A stretch of 64,000 bases of DNA. It comes from Octopus sinensis. Lineage: Eukaryota. Below are positions 54,440-64,000 of the stretch, one piece after another (the first letter of the stretch is position 1; the number at the start of each line of letters is the position of its first letter). The position numbers were made by a program, and so were the translations under genes. The notes beneath the pieces were generated by a model. That model was not told where the DNA came from and did no database searches. It saw nothing but the letters and a program-made list of their open reading frames with translations. The stretch covers positions 56,048,001 through 56,112,000 of the forward strand of contig NC_043010.1 in assembly GCF_006345805.1 (NCBI RefSeq). The letters are read 5' to 3'.

Positions 54440-56000
54440 CTCCTGAGGAGCTGGTTGATGTAGGACGCCAGTCTTTTGGAAGTTTATTTCTTGTCTGGAG
54501 AGCTGGGCAGCCTCTGCAAAAACAGGAGGTGATGTGTTGCAGGGCCTCTTCTGTGTGTGCGACAAGTGCAGCATCATCTGCGAAGAGAAAGACTCGGATC
54601 AGTTGCTCTTGAGTCTTGGTGTGGGCCTGTAGGCGCCGAAGATTGAAAAGACTGCCATCCAGACGGTACCTGATGTAGACCCTGTCTTCAAAGTCAATGT
54701 CAGCAGTGGCCTGCTTGAGCATCACGCCGTTGTTGATGGAGAATGGCTGTGATGTGTCGCTGTTCAGGTGGACTTGTCCTTGTTGGTATTCGTAAAGCTG
54801 AATGATCTTGGTTAGGAATTTGGTTTAGGATCTGCCACAGACCTCTCCTGCTCACAGAGTCGAACGCTTTCGTCAGATGTACAAACGTAAACATAAAGTG
54901 GTTTGTTCTTCTCCGGAACTTTTCTTGAAGCTGCCTGAGAATGAAAACCATATCTGTTGTGCCACTGTTGGCTCTGAAACCACATTGGCTTTCTGGAAGA
55001 TGGATGTTCGGCGATGGACAGAACAAGTCTTGCAAGAACTTTTCCTGCAGTGGAAAGCAGGGTGATTCTCCCGGTATTTTGAGCGGTCTGATTTCCCCCC
55101 TTTGTTTTTGTACAGTATTACGATGACGGCATCGCGGAGATCTTGTGGCAGCTTGCCCTGTTCCCAGCATGCAACGAGGAGCTGATGGAGTTTAGCATGT
55201 ATGACAGGAACCGCATGCTTTCATCTCTCCTGCTGCCTTCCTACTCTTCAGCCGGCCTATGGCAATTGTGCTCTCTTCCAGGGTTGGCGACTCATCCAGT
55301 TCCATTCTGATTGGTTGCTGCTGGATGTGCAGGATTGCGTTTTCCTAGACAACTCGGTTTGCACTGAAGAGGGCCTGAAAGTATTCAGACTAACGGCTGA
55401 GGATGGATGTTGTGTCTGTGAGAAGTGCCTGGTCATCTGAGCTGCGCAGGGGACTCTGGACTTGATGTGTTGGACCGTAGGCTGCTTTGAGAGCTTCATA
55501 GAACACCCTGTAATCACCAGAGTCAGCGCACAGCTGAGTTCTCCGTGCGAGGTTGGTCCGCCACTCTTTCTGAACTTCACAGAGTTTGTGCTGCAGAAAG
55601 CTGCTGGCTTGGCTGAAGGCCACTTTCTGCTCGAGGCAGGTCGGTTATGCCAGGTGTGCTGGGGGGATGGAGGGGGGAAGACCTCGTCTTTAATAATTCC
55701 TTCTTTAATAAATCGTTTTCATCAAACCAATCCTTGTTCTTTTTCTTCGTAAACATAAGGATTTCTGCCGACGTCTGTAGAATGGTGGTTTTCAGTTGTT
55801 CCCATAGAATTTTTGGATAGGGATTTGAGGGGTGATTGGATTTATCAAGCTTTACCTGTAGTCTCGCTGGGAACTTTCATTTCGTTTAGCTGCAGATCGA
55901 TAGCATTGATTTTCTTGTTGTTGGCCGGTCTTGTCTTTTTTGTTGGTTTGGGCTTGAAAAATGATTACGTGGTTCGGTGTTCGATCTCTGAGTCAGGTGA
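54440..56000 (-). mobile_element. RTE-clade LINE, decayed
   Basis: LPESQCGFRANSGTTDMVFILRQLQEK, FVHLTKAFDSVSR, YIRYRLDGSLFNLRRLQAHTKT..FLFADDAALVAHTEEALQ. Confidence 0.92.
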
Positions 56001-56512
56001 CGTGTATTAAACGGACCCAGGGTATTGAGTGAATTCCTGGTGTCGAAGTATTCCGGGTATCAATAAAAACCATTCTGAAGATGTAATTAACGATAATAAT
56101 GAATTGATATTCATAACCTCCCCTCCTCCCTCTTAATTATTTTCTTTCTCTTCTGTCCTTTCGTTCCTTCCTTTCTTTTTCGTAATTCTGTTAATAAGGT
56201 AATTGCTTATCTTGGATTAACGGCGAGAGAATAGGTTGAGATGTGTGTGGAGGGGTGTAGTGCAAGGGTGGATGGGAGATGTGTGTGTGTGTGTGTGTGT
56301 GTGTGGAGGAGACAATGAAATGATAATTTTACATCACAATTTTTTCATTACATCTTTTCTCTCCCCCCCACCGCCACTTTGTGTGTCTGTATATCTAAGT
56401 ATGCGTGTGTGTCTGCTTGTGTGTGTAATACATATGTTTGTGTATATACACATATATACATCTCTCATTCTTTCTCTCCCCCCCTCTGTCTCTTTCTCTC
56501 CCCCCTCTCTCT

Positions 56513-56604
<92 letters not shown>

Positions 56605-56944
56605 GATATGTGTGTGTGTGTGTATATACATTTATAGAATACGTGTGTGTGTTGTGTGTGTGTGTGTGTGTGTGTGGTATGAGAGGTTGTACAAGGGAGG
56701 TTGAATCCCCAGAAAAGCGAGCACAAAGCTAGCGACAGTAATTACAATCTTACACAGCTTTCATCTGATATCAAAGGAGGAAATAATAATAAGGTGATTA
56801 ACACCACAATGAACAGTGCTACCTCCCTGCTAACACCTACTGCACCCACCACCACCACCACCACCGCCAACGCCAACGCCCAAACCACGAATACCTACAA
56901 CACTGTCACCAACAGTACAATGCCAACATCGTTACCGCACCACG

Positions 56945-56975
<31 letters not shown>

Positions 56976-57162
56976 GCACACATATACACACATACATACA
57001 TACACACACACACACATATATATAAGATGCAGATGTATATAATTGTAAAGTAAAGCAGAAGAATGCTGCAAAAATAATAGAATTCGAACGAAGAAATATA
57101 TTCAATACTGTGTAGAAAAAGCGTTTAACGTTTCTTGGCTCTCTCTCGCTCTCTCTATCTCT

Positions 57163-57272
<110 letters not shown>

Positions 57273-57718
57273 TATATATATAAATATATATATAATGTAA
57301 AGAGCGGATTCTAAGTGTATATGTGATAGGACAAGTTGGCGGTCATTGGTGCCAAACATCGACGTTGAAAGTTCGTTTCTGTTTACCTGCACTTCTAGAT
57401 TCATCGCCTCCTAACCAAGTAATCATGTCTGACTGATGAAATTGTATTTTACTTCCGGTAGGTGTTTCCCTGCAAGAACAACAGAGGGCGCTGGTGCTGC
57501 TTTGGTCAACACTATTCTACTCTCTCCCTACTTCCTCGGCCACCTTTGACATTTGAACCTCCCATCCTTCTCATACACTACAGAAAGGTTAAATACATAC
57601 TTGCACCTTCCTCTTTCTTTCTTTCTTTCTCTCTCTCTCTCCATCACACACACACATACGCACACACACATCTACGTATGTGTGATTATATTTAATGTTG
57701 TGTAGTTGTTGTACAGGT

Positions 57719-58042
57719 CTGAGACGCCCTTCGGTCATGACTGACCATGAGATTGCATCTAGAAAGTTACCCATCCATGCACAAATCCGGGCAAGGTTGT
57801 TTATGGAAGACCAGCAGTCGCCCATGCATACCGGCCTCCCCTCTCCACGTCACCGATGTTATCCAAGGGAAAGGCAAAGGCACCTGTGACATCACAACTC
57901 GTTTCTACAGCTGGGTGAACTGGAGCAACGTGAAATAAAGTGTCTTGCTCAAGAACACAACACGTAGCCCGATCTGGGATTCGAGCTCACAACCTCGCGA
58001 TCGTAAGCTCGACGCTCTAACCACTGAGCCATGTGCCTTCAC
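57719..58042 (-). mobile_element. Full-length tRNA-derived SINE with 12-bp TSD
   Basis: Minus head GTGAAGGCACATGGCTCAGTGGTTAGAGCGTCG..GCTCGAATCCC; TSD TGTTGTACAGGT at 57707-57718 and 58043-58054. Confidence 0.9.
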
Positions 58043-59419
58043 TGTTGTACAGGTATGGCTGTGTTAACTATCATTTGACTTTCATCTTGTGCTCGCTTGT
58101 TTTGTAAATTCTCTTTCATCATTTGATGGAACCGATCTCTTCATTTTACTCAACTCCCATTCACCGGACATTAAAGTACCATTTTTGTCAACACTTTGGT
58201 TTGGTTGGAGGCATTGAATTTTCTAATAAATAGTGATTCCTAAATTTGACACGAGGCCACATTATTTTGGAGAGGGAGGATATAGTGAAGAAAGCGAGCC
58301 CACTATATAACTGGTACATATTTTTTGGAGCACGGAATGATGAAAGATAAATTTTGACTTGGCTGGATTCGAAACCAGAACTCAGATATATTAACTATTT
58401 TCTTTTTGTAAATATCAAAAATAAAATAGGTTTCTCACTTCATTTTGGTGGGGTAGCTCTCTCCCTTCAGTAGGTGATGTTGGTAGAATGGTGGCAGGTT
58501 GTCCTACACACAGACACCCATTGTGTTACATTTACCAACATAAGAACAAGTTATTGTTTTGCCCGAGATCGGCTCTGATTTAGCAAACTTATGACCGAAG
58601 ACATTTTCGTCTTTTACCAAGACAGTCTACATCTATCTAGGACTACAGCATTCTACGATGGTCATTTGGGTGCTATCTCTGTCATTTTCAGTGGTCACAC
58701 GGTTGTAGCTTCATTGGCGAGTAAAAGTGAAATCAAAAAGTAAAGATTACATGACAGAAATGAAAAGATTATAAGGTATTCATGCCTTTCCCAAGAGTGT
58801 TTTTGTTGTTCACAGAGTGGAATGTCTACAATAAGGAATAAAAATTGAAAGCTTTTCGAGTTTAGGTCCAGGACTCGAGTCTGCCGTAGGGTGTTGCGGT
58901 AGCCATGCCCCTTCATTCAATGTACAGTTCTGTATTGTGTACAGTTCTGCTGTATAGTTCGGTATTGTGAGATGCATACAACATTGAATACAAGTCGCAC
59001 CATATTGTAGTAGTTATACTACTTTATTGCACGTTATGATGACATATATATTGTATCAGATACTCAGGTGTATAATCTCGGTTTTTGCGGTGCCACCAGC
59101 CATTGCAAAGGTAATTTCGACTATGATTTTGGACATGCATTCATCTACACGCGCGCGTGCACATACATTCCCATGCATACATATATATACACGTGCATAC
59201 ATTCACACACATATACGTCTGGGAAAAACCGATAGGAGAAAAAGTACTCAATACATAAAGGATGTACTCTGTCGCCGCTCAGTTTCTCTTCATATGCAAT
59301 TCTTCAGGCAACAAGAAAGCTAAATGGAAGAACTTTTTTTTCACTGAATAAAGACACGGGATAACAAATTGCTTTGTTTCCATTGGTCGGTCTTGGCGAG
59401 TTGATCAGGTGTTTGGTAA

Positions 59420-60100
59420 TGTAGAAATGACTGTCTGTTGATGGCCGAGGGCGAAGATGATTCCTGCAGCATGACCTGTCTGCCCGTTGTTAGTACAGAA
59501 GAGTGAGAGAGAGATTTATGTGAGAGAGCCAGTGGTGGTCAAGTGATTACTGTGTATTAGGGGGAGAAATATTACTATGTTGTGTCACTGAAGGTACTTA
59601 ACTAAAGGTCTGAGTGAGTGGTAGGCTGAGGGTGGGGACAGTTAAACGTGTTGTTAAATTTTGAAGCAAGAATTTGTTGCCAGTCCTGCGTGCAGACAAT
59701 GTTTCGGATTAACTGATTGATATATTGAGACATCAAATCAAGGTAGAGAAGTTTGTAAAATTTAAATTGCACCTCTTGGATGGGGTTGCATTTTCTTACA
59801 ATATTCTAGTTCATAGAAGTTGGTAATTTCGCTTTCCTTAAAATTCTCGATGCATTTGGAATAAGCGGTGAAATTTATTTCTGTTTAATGCTAAAGGAGT
59901 GAAGTAATTGTGGGCATCTGGTTTTAAATGTATTTTCCATGCGGCCTATGTGGTTGTTATTGTTCTATACACAAGTGGCTTTGTCAGGTTCTTGCCATTA
60001 TGTGTACCGAACGTGATGTTTCTGCAATTATATTCTGGCAGTTGTGGCGGGGTGGGGGACGAGTCTCTGTGTGAATTTAGTCGTAGCTGGATATTTGAAA
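59420..60100 (-). mobile_element. Highly decayed Penelope-like GIY-YIG region
   Basis: Frameshifted minus-strand pattern resembling C..N..Y.I.C..C..(YIG)..T.R and IIF.L...IN. Confidence 0.35.
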
Positions 60101-60278
60101 TACGATATTATTTAAAGAGAGAGTATTGTTCTTATTGAAGTGCTTATAATATATTTATAAGATATGAGGAAATGTTTACTTACCAGGGGCAGAGTATTGC
60201 AGGCATATCACATTCTAGTACCTGTTTCATGATAACAACAACAATAGTAAGAACAGCAGCAACAGTGACAACAACAGC

Positions 60279-60316
<38 letters not shown>

Positions 60317-60822
60317 TTTTTTTTTTTAGCTTTTGGCCACAAAGAAAGACAAGTAAAAAGTTCTTGATAGATGTGGAAACATTTTCGAAGTTTGAAAGGC
60401 AAAATCTAAATGAAACGAAAGATAGAAATAAAGGGAATTTAATTTGATGACTAAATCATACAACAGCATAAGTTCTTCTATCCTATACACACGTATATAT
60501 GCAATTTAATATTTTAGAATGTGTGTTTAATACAAAATATATATAGAATGTAACATGTAAAATCAGAAGTGCAGGGGAGAACCGCTTTCATCCAGAAGCG
60601 ATGTTGAAGCGTTTTCCCTCTCACTCATTTAATATTGTTTGTTACTCTCACTCAATTTCCGTAACATTTTCGTGGGGTCAAGAATTCCTCCTCCTTCTCA
60701 ACATAAGCCAAACATGTCGCAGTCATCACTTCACCGGCGCTTCCAATACTTCCACCTCACCAGTGGTAAAAGACGCGGGGAAGGCCCCGAGAAATACTGA
60801 CAGATTGGAAAGCAGTGCTTAA

Positions 60823-61016
60823 CCCTTTAACTGTCCCATATCCGACCAAAATATTCTTCCTGGTTTATGTTAACACTGGCCAAATCAGGCCTCTCACACC
60901 AACCCTACCATGTCGTTCAAGATAATGCATGATAATGCTACAAGATAATGCATGATTAATTTAAAACAATGGGAATAAATAAACATTACTTTTGAGAGAA
61001 TATGACTGCTAAAGGT
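60823..61016. mobile_element. piggyBac-type MITE
   Basis: TTAA|CCCTTTAAC ... GCTAAAGGT|TTAA. Confidence 0.65.
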
Positions 61017-61027
61017 TTAACGTTCCA

Positions 61028-61041
61028 CCAGCAGAGGGCGC
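61028..61041 (+). promoter_or_regulatory. CTCF-consensus motif
   Basis: CCAGCAGAGGGCGC matches CCASYAGRKGGCRS exactly; binding not demonstrated. Confidence 0.4.
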
Positions 61042-61169
61042 TTGCTGTCTACTGTCACTCAAGATACTAAACTCTGGTCTTTAGTGTGTGTGTGTGTTTG
61101 ATGAAATATAGTGGTTTACTTCAAGTAGTAAACAGTGAAAACAAGTACCTGTAGAAGACAAAGGTGGGA

Positions 61170-61332
61170 GCCATGTACAGCTGTGTGCTTAAGACGTTCA
61201 CTTTGCAACCACGTAGTTCAGAGTTCAATCCTATTGTGCTTCTTCTTTGCTTAGATTTTTTTGTCCAATACTCAGGTTCACCTTACGCTATGAGTTGAAG
61301 TTGATTGACGGAAACTGTACGGATACTTTGTG

Positions 61333-61363
<31 letters not shown>

Positions 61364-61640
61364 ATTGCAATTGTGCTAACATTCGAGCTGCGTCGAAAAT
61401 CGATAAACTGAGATCAATAGAATAACAGACGTAAATCCGGCTTCATTGCGGTCGAGAAAATCCACTGCAACTGGAATGGTAGGGATGGTTGTTGGGGCCA
61501 AGATGTTTGCTTCGTAACTATAGATTTCTTAGTTCGATCCCATTGCTTGGCATCAGCGGTGTTTTCTACGAGAGTCTGGAATCAACCAAACTGTGACCAG
61601 GGACAGTTTGTTGACGGAAACTGTATGGAAGACCATTGGA
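61170..61640 (+). mobile_element. Two decayed SINE copies
   Basis: B-box GTTCAATCC / GTTCGATCCC and shared body TTGACGGAAACTGTA. Confidence 0.6.
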
Positions 61641-61921
61641 GGAGGAGGAGGATAATTGTTGGTGTTGCATGGTCCATTTAAACACAACTACTTAGCCCTA
61701 GATACAATGGCTGGGTCCAGGCATGCCTTTCTCAAATCCCACCCCCAGACTTGGACACTCTGAAAAGGGTCACTGCTGCTGCCTGACCAAACATTTGATA
61801 TTCCCCAAATTGTAAAGGTGTGGTTAAAGTTACTAACTGGGTGGAGGGTGTCACAACTTCTGGAGTTTAGAAATTACTTTACAGGAAACTATGCGCTGGT
61901 AATAGGTGTGAGAATATGAAT

Positions 61922-61957
<36 letters not shown>

Positions 61958-62081
61958 CATATGTGCGTGTATCTGTAGTGCACACATGGAAGAAAGGTAG
62001 AGAGAACGTAAGAGTAAATATACGTGATTTTCTTTAATCATCTCTTTCTCTCTCTCTCTCTCTCTCTGTATATATATACAT

Positions 62082-62138
<57 letters not shown>

Positions 62139-62573
62139 TTGTATCTATGCACATGTGCGCGCATTTATATATATATGTGCACACATCTGCATGCACATAG
62201 ATCCAAATATATATACACACACACACACACACAAACTCACACGTGTACCTATATAAGTATACACTTACTTTCCCCCACCAGCTCCTCTCTCGAAATTATA
62301 TTCAGCTTTGATGAAGCTGACATATGAAGGAGAAGAAGAAGTGTTTTCAATTACTTGCCAGTGTTTACTTAAACCCACCGACATCTCAGTACACCTCCCC
62401 ATCAGCCACCAGCCAACCTCATACAACACGTGATACCGTTTATCTCATACAATGGACGCTCATCACAACACTGCCAGCGACCTCTTGTGTTTATTTATTG
62501 ATTTAGGGGATGTGTCGCTGCTTCTTAACTGCCACTGGATTGTATTTATTAGAGTCTACAACGCTACTGCTGC

Positions 62574-62628
62574 TAATAATAATATTGATAATAACAACAA
62601 CAATAATAATAATAATAATAATATGAAA

Positions 62629-62681
<53 letters not shown>

Positions 62682-62707
62682 CATTATTATTATTATTATC
62701 ATTATTA
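62574..62707. repeat. (TAA)n followed by (TTA)n, an inverted trinucleotide pair
   Basis: AAT repeats switch to ATT repeats at ~62625; similar pure tracts at 34135-34203 and 44352-44414. Confidence 0.9.
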
Positions 62708-64000
62708 AAGAGGCGATAGATGGTAGAGTAGGTAGAGTACCAGGGTGGTGGATGGAAGAATCGGTGGAACATGGAATGTGTAAATTCTGTTCGTGTTTAT
62801 TTACGTCTATTTGCGTTCTAAGTTCAAATCGTGCTGCTGTTGACGATGACTTCCATGAATCCAGGGCCGATAATATCAGCTCTGAGCCTAAATACATCAT
62901 TACTTTTCCCCACTCCTATCGATACAGATGTGTCTGTGAGAAATGATGATGATGATGATGATTAATCTGTTGTAAAGGTCTTTAAGTCTTGATTGTGAAA
63001 AATCTCCAAATATATTTGACCATTCTGTGTTATAGCGGGGGAGGAGGTGCTGCTACAATCATGTCTGGGATAAACTCTACAGATATGGCCATTTTTGGAA
63101 CCACCAGCAACTGATCCATTTTGAAGATGTATGCAGATGATGAAGTCTTCCTACAAAAAATAAACTATTGTCAACATATGGCTGATATAACGGAACTGCC
63201 ATTACGCGTTTGACGCATTTGGCTGTCAGATGAGGGAATCAGGACAATTAAAGCATTGCATTCTTTTGGCAAGAGCAGATCGTTTTCCTGTGTGTTGAGA
63301 CCACGGCCATAGAAGTGGTGTTGTGGACACAGTTAAAAGTCTTGAAAACAAATCATTTCCTCTTAAGCAAAGCTCTCATCGACTTCTGCAAGTATAATTT
63401 TAAGAGAAATGTAAGGGCAGAGAAAGACAGGGAGAGAGAGAGGGGAAGAAAGAGAGGGAGAGAGGGAGGTTGTCCTTCGTAAATTGTATGAAAACTGGGC
63501 GAGAGTAACGAAACTGGCGCAGTTAAATTGGTCCGTAACTCTAGGCCGGTGGCAAGACCCGAGAGAAGGCTTTTGATATGTCAGAGTAATGCAAGCCTGG
63601 GGATACCCCTTCCACCTGCCCATTATAAAGAATCGGTTGTGGCGTTGCTTATTGTTATTGTTGATTTTGCCCTTTTTACCCACTGTGAATCTCACATTTT
63701 AAAAATATTTCTTGCTTGTTTTGTCTCCGACATTTTGGGCCTACCACATTCCTCCTCCTCTTCATCATCATCATCATTTCAGAAATCAATAACGACAACA
63801 ACAACATCTGGAGTTTGAGATATCGCTGACCCAGTTTGAAGATTCATGTGAAAACGAAGGTTTGGGATCAAATCAGACCCGACACTTTGAGCTGCCTTCA
63901 TAACATTATAAAATTGACTTCTCACTCCATTCTCACCGTCTTCTTCAGGTTATACTCAAGTGATATTGGAAGTGATACTCAAAGGACACTGGAGACGATA

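Noticed and set aside
63000-63360. Possible mariner transposase remnant
   Set aside because: Too decayed to recover diagnostic motifs or TIRs

Overview
This is AT-rich, microsatellite-dense eukaryotic DNA, probably octopus or another cephalopod (inferred from the tRNA-derived SINE types and the (AT)n/(AC)n/(TATG)n/(GATA)n load). I found no recognisable host protein-coding exon, rRNA, bona fide tRNA or CRISPR array. The window is mostly decayed and nested mobile elements: R4/Dong-type RT+REL LINEs, Tx1/L1-type and RTE LINE fragments, Penelope-like (GIY-YIG) remnants, a Helitron, mariner and DD37D (maT) transposons, Tc1- and piggyBac-type MITEs, a solo LTR and many SINEs. The most interesting non-obvious signals are: (1) a dispersed set of type I hammerhead ribozyme motifs, several with unusually long (about 60-110 nt) helix-II inserts, including one with a fully intact core at 51291-51429 (-) and two loci where cores sit back-to-back on opposite strands; (2) a 157-bp, 1-mismatch fold-back inversion inside a SINE; (3) a 1-kb ORF1-only (HAL1-like) retroposon with a 21-bp target duplication; (4) LINEs tied to specific microsatellites. 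All calls were read by eye and coordinates of decayed elements are approximate.
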